Of a stretch of 64,000 nucleotides of DNA, positions 1-12,065 are shown in pieces. Made by a program: the position numbers and the translations under genes. Numbering within the stretch: the first letter of the stretch is position 1; each line of letters starts with the position of its first letter. Below the pieces are notes generated by a model. It made no database searches and was not told where the DNA came from. It was given only the letters and a program-made list of their open reading frames with translations. The stretch is from Nageia nagi (Eukaryota; Plantae; Pinophyta): assembly GCA_050084985.1 (NCBI GenBank), contig JBITNC010000001.1, positions 122,264,001-122,328,000 of the forward strand, written 5' to 3'.

Positions 1-1829
1 GAGGTTGTAAATGTAGATAACCCTAACTTTTCCAATTCATGATGTTTTGTACAGGTTTATCCATGAGAAAAGACATCTAACCTTTATATATTATTGTGCT
101 TATTGTGGAGGTAAGCAACATAGCATATCAAATAGAATAACATAGATAGAATTATTAATAGATAGAATCAATTAAGAATTATGTATGTATCATTATCATA
201 CTTATCATAGTGGTTTCTCATAAGTAAATGCTTATAATCATATCATTGTTGTTTATATTTTGCAAGTGCAAAGAGAGCACAAACTATGTCATTTTTCAGA
301 ACTCAAAATGCTCGATAAGTTTCCAAGTGCCCAATGAATCATTATACATAATTATTCTCTCAGATTAAAATATTGGAATCAACATCAAATATAACCGAAA
401 TTATGTCAATAAATGATAGAAACATAAGCATAAATATCTTTTTATTTATGTATTAACTATTATATCATAAAAATATCTATACTTGTTCTTATTTTTGTGT
501 CATTTATAAAAAGACAATCTACAAGTATAAACTTGTTCTTATATTTTAGGATCATTTACAAAAAGACATCCAATACATATAATCTAATAAGGCTCTTATC
601 TTCCCAATTTTAATATATCCATTAGTTAGTGTTAATTATCAAGCAACACTAAACTAGTCATTGGTGCAAAATGAATACGAGATCCTAGCCTATATGTTTT
701 TCAAATATTAGGGGCAAAATAGAGACTATGATCTTTATCCTATTATCATTTTTCAAAACGTATCAGCATGAAACATCGCCTAAGGTTACTATAAGAAAAA
801 GGGGTAAAACTAACGATAATATGACATTCCAATAAGCCCATAAGCTTAAATTCTTTGTCATGATAAAATGCATGTTGTTCTTGTTCATGAATTTTGAATT
901 ACATTATTTCAACCATACAAGGAGAGAAATACATCATTCCAAAAATGCAATAAAAATATTTACATGAGGTTAACCATGCATATATATACACACATAATAT
1001 ATTTACCCTTAAATTAACATCTTTAAAGTTACTTTAGGACTCTCAAAATTTGAAGACCTTCATTTCTACAAAGTGATTCCAAATAAATGATATCATAAAC
1101 CATTTAGTTGCCAATTCGAACCTTGGAATCATCATTGATATAATAGCATATTGATCACCATTGGCCATGATAATTTGGCTCATAATTGCAAGGAAAAGGG
1201 GAAAATGATATAGGTTCCTACTCAAGAAAGGGTTATACCCATTTTAAGGTAATTACTCAATAAATCCTCAATCAAAGAGGTAGAATCCAACCATTATTAC
1301 CTATGATGGTATTAGCCTAAACCAAGAGATAATAAAATCCCAAATTTTTACAACATACCTACCTCATATTCAAGTTTCAAACAAGAGATTAAGGCATAGA
1401 AAAGTTGGACTTACCACTTTAGAGGTGATGAAGAGGTGAACCACGTAGTCCCCAAATTGAAAGGTAAACTCAGTAAAACAAAGAAGAGGTGATGCCACAT
1501 TATGCTCCCAAAGTAATGATGCCTCCCAAATCCAAACTTGATAGTCCCCTTTCATTATAAAGGAAATCTTGTTTATATTTCCTACCAATATATTTCTCTA
1601 AAAGGATAAATGCATAACATTATCGATGCCCATTAGCTAAAACTCCATAATTTTGATAAAATATTCTCAAATGGATAGGGTGAACATAATAAAGAATTAG
1701 CATGGATGGGGGCCTTAAATATTTGGAAGCACCTTTTACCATCATTAAAACTCATGCTAAGAGATTTAAATGCCATTAAAATCAATAATGTTGGTATGTG
1801 CTAAGGTGCCTCAATGCCCTTTATCAATC

Positions 1830-2040
1830 TCCCCTCTCTTCTCTCATCTTACCAATGCATGAAATCCCGCTCTCTCCAACCCCTCCCCTTTGGCTCTTAT
1901 TAAGTCTCCTATATCCTCTCTCATCTTGAAGATAAACCAAATTCTCTCTCTCCTCCAACCCCTCCCCCTCAGATCTCATCTAGTTTCTCTTCTCCTATCT
2001 CATCTTGATGATAAACCAAATGCCCTCTCTTCTCTAACCC
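1830..2040. repeat. CT-rich degenerate tandem repeat, ~78-79 bp unit, ~3 copies
   Basis: Recurrent ctcatcttga-gataaaccaaat...ctctccaacccctcccct blocks starting near 1843, 1920 and 1999; lies just inside a CACTA-type terminus. Confidence 0.6.
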
Positions 2041-2099
2041 CTATGTAAAAAAAAATTAAAATGAGGCCCAATTCCTCAGGCATGCCTTTTTTATTTTTT

Positions 2100-2265
2100 C
2101 TCATTTTCATAAAGGGTGATTTTTTATCACCCCAAAAATATTTTTTGGGGTGGTTAAAACCCATACCAACAAAACTACCACTTAATAAAAAAAGTGGTAG
2201 TTAAAAACCATTGCCACAAAATGGCCTCAAAATGACTATCCCTAAAGCCCTTTTTTGGTCTAGTG
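2100..2265. mobile_element. CACTA (En/Spm) element terminus with subterminal repeats; element extends leftwards
   Basis: Ends in ...ttttttggtcTAGTG at 2265 (reverse complement CACTAGACCAAAAAAGGGC). Preceded by short inverted subterminal repeats (gggtgat..atcaccc; aactaccactt..aagtggtagtt). The other end was not found in the window. Confidence 0.65.
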
Positions 2266-2289
2266 ATTATTCCTTATTTTTAATTACAT

Positions 2290-3470
2290 ATTTGTACCTT
2301 GTATTCTTCCACATTTTGCATACATATCTTAGGTATGTTTTCATAAAACCCATTTAGTATGTATCCTATGAAATTGTGTTTGCATCATACATCTTGTCAA
2401 CAATTCCCAAGCCTTGTATTTTCTACCATATTTTCCATACATGCCTTAGGGACTTTTTCAAAAAACCCATTTTATACATATCTTATGGTCATTACAAACC
2501 ATGAAATAGTGTTTAAATCATTTATATTATCAAATAATTCCTATGCCTTGTGTATTCTTCCATATTTTTCATACATGTATTAGGGCTATTTTTAAGAATC
2601 CATTTTGTGTGTATTCTTCCACATTTTTCATACATGTCTTTCAAGGCACTCAAAACCATAAAATTTTATTTATAAGCACAAAGTAGACACATCCACAAAA
2701 CCAATTTAGGTTTTATGGGTATTTTGGCTCTGAAATTCAAAGCTTTGTCAAGATAGCCTACACAACCAAGTATATAATGCCTCTTCAAAAAACCCATTAT
2801 ATGCATATATACAAAGTCCCATATTCCTACATTTTCTAGGACCTTTTTTGAAAACCCATGATGAAACATGCTGGAATTGGTTTGCATACCTCACAAAAAT
2901 GTCCCTTGCAATAATCTTGGACATAAAATTAGTTGTAGTATGGTATTCATTGCATACTCGAGGTTTCTTCATAAATCTAACAATGGTTGTAGGGGAGTCT
3001 TTAACAACCCAAACACCTTATTAGGAAACCCATTTTCAGAATATGCATAAATTCCCGTGTTCTTACATTCTTATTTGATTTACAAGTACATAGAAGACAC
3101 ATTAATATACCTAATTTAGGTTTAATGGGAATCTTTACAATGAATTTTAAAGCTTCCTCAAGATATCCTACACAACCAAGAAGGTCAACAATGCATACAT
3201 AATGATTCATCCCAATATTAATGGAATATGAGTCACTCATGCTATTAAAGTATTTACAACCATCATCCACTAGACTTACATGATTGCATGCAACTAGAAC
3301 ACATACAAAGGTTATGTTATTAAGGTTGGTTCCCAAGTGCTTCATTAGATCAAAGAGTTTAACAAAATCCTTCTTGTATCATAAGTTATATATCCTCCAA
3401 TCATGCATCTAATATATTGTCCAACATTTATTAGGCCTTGTATATTCTTCCACATTTTGCATACAAGCAA
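2290..3470 (-). pseudogene. PLS-class pentatricopeptide repeat (PPR) pseudogene fragments, internally duplicated
   Basis: ORF 3001-3345 reads TFVCVLVACNHVSLVDDGCKYFNSMSDSY..HYVCIVDLLGCVGYLEEALKFIVKIPIKP..MCLLCTCK (terminal PLS motifs into E1). 2666-2800 repeats GCVGYLDKALNF..IPIKPKLVLWMCLL. 2290-2640 and 3430-3470 carry MYAKCG/QNGF.EKAL-type motifs with stops and frameshifts. Confidence 0.9.
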
Positions 3471-4153
3471 TTAGAGGTGTTGGTGTAACATGTATTCTTT
3501 CACTAACATAGATAAGGTAGAGTTTGATGTAATCTAAATGAACAATGTACAAGAGTAATGGGTTGTTTTCTTAGATTGAATTCAATTTTCATCTCATCTA
3601 TACTAGATAAGGTCAACCATACCTATACAATATTCAATTTTTTGTGATAAAAATTCTTCTTATTGAGCTACAACTATGCCTACATATTGAATTTTTATAT
3701 TGTAATAATTCTCTTCATGAGCATAGGTGTACCATGAAAAAAATAATTATTGTTGCAAAATGTTGAATAAGTAATTTCCACCATTGGAGCATTCTTTGAT
3801 GAAGAGGTAATTTCTTAATTGTTTAAAAGTATATTTTATCTCCTTCACCTCTTAAGCTTCATTGGCATAATCATTTCTTGTTTCAAAATTTTAAGTGAGT
3901 AAATGATAGACTAACCCAAAGTAATCAAATATGGTACAACTATTATTTACAATTTAAATTACTAGACTTAGTTTGCATTGCATGTTATGCAATAAATTTA
4001 TCAAGGCTATCAATTATTCTTGTAGCGTTAGAGAGTATAACAAGGTCTAAATTTTATATAAGGGTATGCTTCTTAACTAGGGATCATAATGGCCAAAATC
4101 ATGGTGTTTAATGATGACCCTAATGAAAAGGTACATCATGAATATTTAGGCGA

Positions 4154-4700
4154 AGGTTATTGTAAAATAATGGAACATGTTGTGGGATCCTACATTGTCT
4201 AACCATGTAACTTTTTAACAAACAAATTATCACATGTTGTAGCAATATTGTAGGATATATTTGAATCATTTTAGCATAATTGAAATTGTAGAGCATATTT
4301 TAATTATTTGGGCATAATTGTATAGCATATTTGAATTTTATTGTGCTTATCTTTTTATTCATGTTCTAACTATATTGCATAATTTTGATGTCAAAAAATA
4401 GAGCCCAAAAGATGATGTGATTATTGTAACAAACCTGTTTAAAGTGAGAAATTGCATTTTTCATGTTTCTAAAATTAGATCATCATTGAATCAAAGGAGG
4501 TCCCTAATATCAAAATTTGGGTTTAGGTTATTGTAAAATAATGGAACATGTGGGCTCCTTCATTACCTGGTCTATAATTAAACTTTTTTATAAATAAATT
4601 ATGACATGTTGTAGTAGTATTGTAAATAATATTTGAATTATTTTGTCATAATTGATACTATATATCATATTTGAATAATTTTATCATAATTTTAGAGTCA
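4154..4700. repeat. Diverged direct duplication (~175 bp: 4154-4330 and 4525-4700)
   Basis: Both copies begin aggttattgtaaaataatggaacatgt and continue ...aaattat-acatgttgtag-a-tattgta...tatttgaat-atttt--cataattga. Confidence 0.75.
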
Positions 4701-4939
4701 TCAAAATATATAAAATGAACTAAATATGTCATATGCATAATTTGATAATATGCATGATACAAACACAATTTTCATAGTCTACCATGATTGCAAGATATGC
4801 ACAAAATTGGTTTTCTAAAATATATTAAGATATTTATATAAAATTCATAAGAATATAAGGCATAAACATGTAATGAAAAATACAAAAGAATACCATAGAA
4901 ACTTCTATTCCACATACAATTACCATGTGTTAATCCCTG

Positions 4940-5445
4940 ATAGATATGCATTTTGTAAAATGCAGAAGAATACAAGGTAGAGAAATTGTTTGAAAAGATT
5001 ATATGTATGCAAAATGTATAAAAATACTTATTGCATCATTGTATCTCCTTGCCTCTCCTCTCCTCTACCCCCTCACCTTTGCAAACTCTAAAGACTCTAA
5101 ATTATCAATAACTTTCTAAGTTCCTTAATAGCATAACATTTTTATATGTTATAGTGGATGAGGGATGTAAATACTTTACTAGCATGAATAACTCTTATTG
5201 CATTATTCTTAGGATGAATTACATGCATTGTTGACCTTCTTAGTCCTTAAATCTATCTTTAGAAATCTTTGAACTTCATTTCCAAAATGCCCATAAAACT
5301 TGATATACATGTATGCAAAATATAGAAGATGCATAGTGCATGCATAGTCTCATGGACTACAATGATGGTAGGATAAGTAATTCATGGCTACAACAAGGAT
5401 GGCCTTAAAATTTGATCTAATGAAGCACTTAAAAACCACATATTT
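4940..5445 (+). pseudogene. Scrambled PLS-PPR fragments, opposite orientation to 2290-3470
   Basis: 5215-5305 reads CIVDLLS..YL.KSLNFISKMPIKL. It is followed by MYAKY and by IVSWTTMMVG*VIHGYNKDGLK..DLMKH (5345-5435). 4955-5020 has KCRRIQ..ELFEK / MYAK remnants. Confidence 0.75.
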
Positions 5446-5564
5446 TTTCAATGTTTGACTACGTATTACAAGCATGTTTCCAAGTTGTCACTTTTCGATT
5501 GGTTTTTGATACTTCAAATTTTTTTTGGGTTGGAAAATTATTTTTATTCTCCAACCTAGTTTCT

Positions 5565-5930
5565 TTATCATATGGTATATTTTAATCATTTCATATCACA
5601 TCATATGATATATTTAAATAATTTCATATCACATGGTTTATTTATATATTTATTGGGCACCTTTAATTTGTTGAAGATTTCAAATAACATATTTGATTCT
5701 TATATCACTTCATAAGGTTTTCAAAATAATCGTATCATCTCATTTTATTTTTTATATCATATAGTGTATTTAGATAATTTTATATCATATGATACAACTG
5801 CATCATTTCATACCATATGGTGTACTTAAATCATTTTATACCATATGGTGCACCTAATTATTTCATATCATGTGTTGGTGCATGTAGATCATTTCATATC
5901 ATATGGTGTACTAGGATTATTTCATATCCA
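5565..5930. repeat. Minisatellite, ~30-31 bp unit (catatggtgtatttaaatcatttcatat)
   Basis: About 9-10 degenerate copies of atatggtgta..aatcatttcatatc; located upstream of the CACTA-like terminus at 6465. Confidence 0.75.
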
Positions 5931-6199
5931 TGGACTAGGCAACTATAGAGGTGTGGTTAGTCATTATTTTGGATGCCACCAATCTTGTACTAGGATGAGT
6001 AAGGTAAGAGATTGAATGTGATTGGTTAATTCCACTAGGTTATCCTTCAAGAACCTAAGGCTAGCACTATGATTGAGTTTAGAGGTGAATCTTGGGTAAC
6101 TAAGGATGACATAGTTTGGAAACATTCATCAAATATGTTTTTCTATAGAAAACATGATGAAGGAATACTTCCAAATTATGCCTATTTAAAAGAAAATTA

Positions 6200-6465
6200 A
6201 TTATTAAGAGGCAGTTTAGTACCACTCCCTTAAATACTAAGATGGTGGTTTCAAATTGTCCCCTTATATTTTAAAGGGGTGGTTTCTAATCACCTTATTA
6301 GAAACTTAGGTGGTGGTTTACAACACCATACATAGGCAATTATGAACCATCGCTATGGAGTTACAAATTTTAGCAAAGTTGGCTTAGATGGCAAGCAGAT
6401 AACCACTAGTAAAGTATTTTTATGGGGGTTGAAAATTGCCTCTAAAGGTCCTCCTTGGTCTAGTA
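6200..6465. mobile_element. Second CACTA-like terminus (terminal G mutated to A)
   Basis: Ends ...ctccttggtcTAGTA at 6465, sharing ttggtctagt with the 2265 terminus. Preceded by clustered ggtggttt/aaccac subterminal repeats. Confidence 0.5.
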
Positions 6466-9248
6466 TTCACTACTTTTTTAAAGAATAAGATTTTATAATG
6501 GTTGATGAAATTCAAATTGGTAATAAGCAATAAACCAAATAAGGATTAGTAAGAGAACTAAGCTACTTTCAAAGTAAAATACCACTTTCTTGAAGTTAAG
6601 ATAAAAAGTAGTAGAAAAATGAGGGATTTGTTGTAAGGTCATAGGGAAACTATGTATGAATTGGATAAACAATTAATGAATATAAAAATAAGCTATATGA
6701 ATCAATAATAGAAAATAAAAAGATTGAGTGGTTCATATTTGGTCTCATACGTAATATTAGATGAGCTATGGAGAAAGTATACTCATCCTATACAAATGTA
6801 CTCTAAGAAATAGTATAGATTTATTGTCAACCTTAGTGAACATAGAACTTTTAGACTAGATTAATAAACTTAATTACAAGATCACTAGTCTATCTTATTA
6901 AAAACCTCCTAAAGCACCATTATCAAGGAGAGAGATTTGGTATCAACTTTGTACCAAGTAAGGGAATATCTATAATGAGTGTCCCACTTTTAAGAAACCT
7001 ATAGGAGAATATTATTAGATTTATCAAATTATGTATTTACCTACTACTCAAAATATATCAATCATGTAGTTATGAAAAAGAGGAATGTCTTGTATTGTTG
7101 TAACAAGTTATAGAACCTAAATATCAAAACATCACTAGATGGACCAATTTCATGGTAAAGGGTTTCATAAGAGTTTCTTAATAATATTGAGGTTTTCTTA
7201 AGGAAGTACCCTAATGCCTATGCTATGTAGTATTTCCAATTGCCATTTTATAGACTTATTAAATTACTAGAACCTATCCCATTTATATGCATATCTAGTA
7301 TAACTTATTTACCCATAGTACCCATTGCATAAGTACAACCTAATAATGAAAAAAGAAACTATAATAATAACCTTTCCCTAATCTCTACCATAATAACAAT
7401 CTAGGGAATGGATGAAGGAAATGTGGATGGATTAGAGGAGGTTTAAATATAATCAAGTTCATGCACAAGATAGAAGAGCTCATTGTTTCAATTATGGTGA
7501 CACCATACATCAACATTTTGAGTGTCCACATCCTAAAGCTTTCATTAGATGTCAATACTATTAGCAGATGAATGATAATGGATACATTATCTTAAAATTC
7601 TACAAGATGTAAATGATAAACAAATACTTAAAATAATAATAATAATACTCAACTAACTATAAATATTAAGAGGAAATTCCCACCAATGACTATGTATAAT
7701 GTTGCCTATGTAAAATTGGAGGAACCTTCCATACCAAAGGCTAAGGAAATAGGAGATAACAAAAAGAAACCTCTAGTGACTAAGTAAAATTATATATCAC
7801 CAAGTTTAAGAGACTATAGGTTTTAACAATTCATTTATTCAAGAACTCATCCCTTAAAGGAAATACCTAAATCTTGATCAACACACATAAATCACCAAGT
7901 CAACATAGGAGCTTATTGAATTATTATAGAAACAAGGATTAAAACAAAAAAGAAGAGGATCTCTATAACTTGAATAAGAAAGAAATATAACTATTGAAAG
8001 AATTCAATAAGTTATTAAAAGGTTGAAGACTTGGTGAAAAAACTAAAATAGATTGTCAAGTACTAGAATAAAAGGAAATAATATACAAAGACAACTTATG
8101 CAATGAAGAATGAAAGGCCATAGGATAAATAACCTATTATGATTTATGGAAAAATAAATGGTAAAATTGGAAAGAACATCATAATAGATTTGGTAGCAAA
8201 TATCAACATCATACATGTAGAGCTTTAGTGATAACTTGATTATCTACCCTTGAAAGTAGTAAAATACAATATAGCCATGAATGATGGGTCTAGTATTAAA
8301 CCAAAGGGTATCATCAAAGATATCATAATAATTTTTGTATGAATAAATTCAAAAGTAAATTTTGATATTATAGATATTGTGAGTAGCGATACACTAACAT
8401 AGCGATACACTAACATATATTTCCTTTCTTGAACTATAATGGTTCAAGACTCAAAAGATAATAATATAAAATGAGGACTACATCAAGGGTCACCCAATAG
8501 ATCATTCATATTCAACCTTTATAAATTTTAGTAGTGATGATAATGATTCAAATTGCAATGACTCAATGAAACTTGATGAACTTTATATAATGAGAACATA
8601 GAAAGGATAAACTAGATTTTAAGATCATATTAATCCTATTGTAGATGGATAATTAAACTTCCATAATTCTAACTTGGATGAATATTTATAAGTTTTTGAG
8701 ATGCTTTGGAATATTGGAGATCATGGAATCACTATTAAAAGAACTTATAGAACTACTCAAACTAAGATGACATGTGAAATTTCTAAGGGTATTTGTCATA
8801 CTACCTTACTGAAATACAACATATTAGTATCCTTAGATGATTTCCTATGTTATATGCAAATATTATTTACTAATGAAGTGATCATATTTTATTCCTTTGA
8901 TGAAACTCTACTCACCACCCAACAAGATGGAGTACTCAAAAGAAATATTAGGTATTGGGTGGAGATTTTGACATATATGCATCTATATTTTGAGCTACCA
9001 GACCTTAAAGAAACTACCATAATACTCTATCATTATGATTATATTCCATAAATATATATTACAATGTTAGAATACATGAAAATAAAAAGAAATATCAAAA
9101 CTCTTCACTTGAGTGCATATTTACTATTAGAATTTAAGTATAATTCCTAGAGCTTGGTATGTGGAATAAGAATTGAGGAGAGAAACTTTTCAATGGGATG
9201 AATTATAGAATGTGTTCATAAAAACCTTCACCTTTTATGTTGAATTAA

Positions 9249-10486
9249 GGGTCAATGCAAGAAGTTGGGTCCACTTTAAGGCCAAAAAGTGGAAGTTTTT
9301 TCCTTTATTTTCAAGTTTGGTCACGATTGATCTCAAGATTTGAAGCACTTAGATATGGAATCTTGCAAAAGGTCACTAGGTAAAAATGTAGTGCTTTGAG
9401 TGTAACTTTCAAATATGTAATTTATTCTAATAACCAGATAATAGAAATTAAATTTTGATAAGCATGTATAAAAACTAGTGTTTGAAAAATATTATTTTAG
9501 AATCATAGCATGCACATGTACAACAAGCATAATTTGACCTAAATAAAAGAATTTTTTAAATACTTTTGGGCAAAAAGATGTACCTAGGACATTGAAGATA
9601 ATACAAGATATTGTTTTATAATTTTTTGACAAATATTTTTTTTATTAATTTTTACTGGCTCTAATTATTGTTTTAAAAATTGCATCTATATGTCATGCAT
9701 AATTTGACCTAAACTCATCATTTTCCAATTTTCTATTTTGTAGAAAATTCTTTGTAGATTATTCTCATATAATTTTTTTAAATTCCTAAAAAATTAGAAG
9801 TTATTAAAAATAAGAAACCCTAATTTCTCAAGTTTATGAACCAATTTCCTTGAAAATTAATTAAAAATAAAAAATATAATCCAATTGTAAAAAAATTACA
9901 TATTTGAAATCTACATACTCTCATCTATAATAGGTTTTAATTTCATGAAAAACATCTATACAAATATTCATCAAACATACATTCAAAGTTAGTATTTTCC
10001 ATTTCCATTGATAAGAACTTGCATTTGTAAACAACTCGATTAAGGATCGTCTAACCATTCACTGCCCAACACTAGCCTTGGACTGCTCCTAATCCAAGCT
10101 AGTCATCCTATTCATCTTGTATTACCATCACATCCATCAACCTGTGCCATGCTCATGGGGCCTTGGGCCATTGCACACCCAAAGTTTGGATCACCATACC
10201 TTTCCTAAGCTAAAATATGAAGCAAATGGGTGGCTTAGGTTTTAAATTTATAAAATGGAATCTCATTTGTAAAATGAGATCTGGTTATTTGAAAAATGGG
10301 ATCCTGCTTTATAGGGATCTTATTTTGTAAAATAATATCCTATTTTTTAAATAATGGAATCTTGTTTAGGTTTGGGGTCTCAAAGCAATATGAGATCCTA
10401 TTTTTTAAGTAATAAGATCATTTCCTCCAAAAAAATTAAGTACCAAAACTTCCACTTTATGTGGACTTAATTTATTGCGCTTACCC
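9249..10486. mobile_element. Non-autonomous TIR DNA element (~1.24 kb) flanked by TTAA
   Basis: Left TTAA|GGGTCAATGCAAGAAGTTGGGTCCAC..AAAGTGGAAGTTTT matches the reverse complement of the right end TTAA|GGGTAAGCGCAATAAATTAAGTCCAC-ATAAAGTGGAAGTTTT. Removing it and one TTAA gives a continuous frame (..FYVELNIHQYLLEIK..). Internal ~21-bp aaatgggatcctatttt repeats at 10250-10420. Confidence 0.8.
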
Positions 10487-11020
10487 TTAAATATCCATCA
10501 ATATTTACTTGAAATTAAAGTATTATTATTTTTACAACATGAGGATGCTCAATTTAAGTTTAATAGAATTCCACAAATTAATAGTAAGCCACTACTCCTT
10601 GAATCATCAAAACAAGTGAAGGTGAGAAGTTTAGGAAAAAATAAAGAAAAAATATGATCTATATCCTTATGATTTAAAAGAGAAGCCTAAGAATTTAAAA
10701 TATGAAATTCAAGAGGGAGAAAGAAATATCATCATAGAAACAACTAAACTTACACCATATGACTCAAAATCATAATATAAAATGGAGATTATTGAGACTA
10801 TTAGATTGACGAAGAGTAAACAAGATTGTTGAAATCCTCATTGAGTATAAGGAATTGTTTCCTAGGAATATAAAATAGTAATTCTTTATGACTATTGGAC
10901 TGAGGAAGAGGTGAATAAGGTTGTTAACATCCTCATTAAGTACTAGGATATATTTCCTAATAACTACACTAAATTAAAAGGAATGAAGGAAGAAGGTATA
11001 ATGAATAATTTACTTAAGAA

Positions 11021-12065
11021 TGTTGATGGATTTTTTATGATCATACCTTCTTCTTTTGAGTTTATACTACTCTTTGTGGATTTTATTGTGGCCTATGAGC
11101 CTTATTTGGAAGGCTATTTGGAGTTATCATTATAGTGGAGCTCTTCTTTTTTATGCACCTTCCTTTATTTTTGGAGCTCTTATTTGATCGACCATCCACA
11201 TGGCCTTTGTTGCCTTAGGAGTCTAGTCTTGGAGCTTTTCTTTTGCTTATAGTGGAGCTCAAGTGATCCTTATATATGGCATCATGGATCATTTATATGG
11301 ACTTCTTATATTTTCATGGTGGTGACCCCTTCTTCTTGAATACCTCAAGTGCTTCTTCAAGGGAGATTTTGTTTGGCATCATGTTGTTGTATCTTTGTAA
11401 ATACCCAAGTAAATATTAAAAGGGGATGTTGGAATTGTAATCCTTTCTTGGATCTTTGTAATCTACTCCCCAAGTAAATTTTAAAAGGGGGTGTTAGAAT
11501 ATGCAACCTTTACTTGGTGATATTATTCTCACATTAGAGGATAATTATTTATCCTCTATTTTTATTTTGTGGTGTAAGGAATATTCCAAAGGAATACCTA
11601 CACCTAGTTTGTCCTCTTATAGACTTTTCTCACAAATATGTGAAAATAATTTTATTTACCTCTATTGAGATGATTCTAGAATGGGATTTACATTAATTTG
11701 TAACTCCTTCTAGAATGGGTGTTACTTTGTAACTCCCACCTCTTGTATTCAAGGTGGCAAGTTTAGATTATGGGAGTTACTTAGTAACTTCCTCTCTTCA
11801 CCTCTATTTGTTGAGGTGCCTTCTTCTCTCTTTTTCATCTAGTATTTCTCCTAAATCTTTGTAATGAGCTATCTCTCTTCTTCTTTGGCATTTTTCCATT
11901 CTTGCAATGTAGGGGGGGTTTTGTTTATCCCCCCCCCCCTTAACAAATTCTTGTCTCTCTCCATTTTATGGTTGCTCACTCTTGATGATATGATTTCTAA
12001 CCTTGCATTATTTTTTACTTTCTAGATTTATTAATAATTTATTTCAATCCTCCTAAAATTTATAA
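11021..12065 (+). mobile_element. Non-coding LTR-retrotransposon-derived insert (3' region, PPT and LTR-like segment)
   Basis: Interrupts the host gypsy between ..KLKGMK.. and KQKP.HINPN. Contains the purine tract aaaaggggg followed by TGTTAG near 11492 and a similar duplicated copy near 11420. No TSD resolved. Confidence 0.5.

Noticed and set aside
55-110. Possible 56-nt exon (ttttgtacAG...GAG|GTAAGC)
   Set aside because: Splice signals are good, but I found no partner exon or recognisable peptide; it may belong to the CACTA element or to a gene outside the window.
1043-1588. Minus-strand ORFs of 60 and 72 aa
   Set aside because: No recognisable domain; short, with non-ATG starts, and probably inside a decayed element.
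3001-3345. Functional PPR gene
   Set aside because: Fragment only; adjacent motifs carry stops, frameshifts and rearranged order, and there is no complete E/DYW tail.
9249-10486. piggyBac element
   Set aside because: The TTAA flanks fit, but the ends are GGG..CCC rather than CC..GG and there is no transposase.
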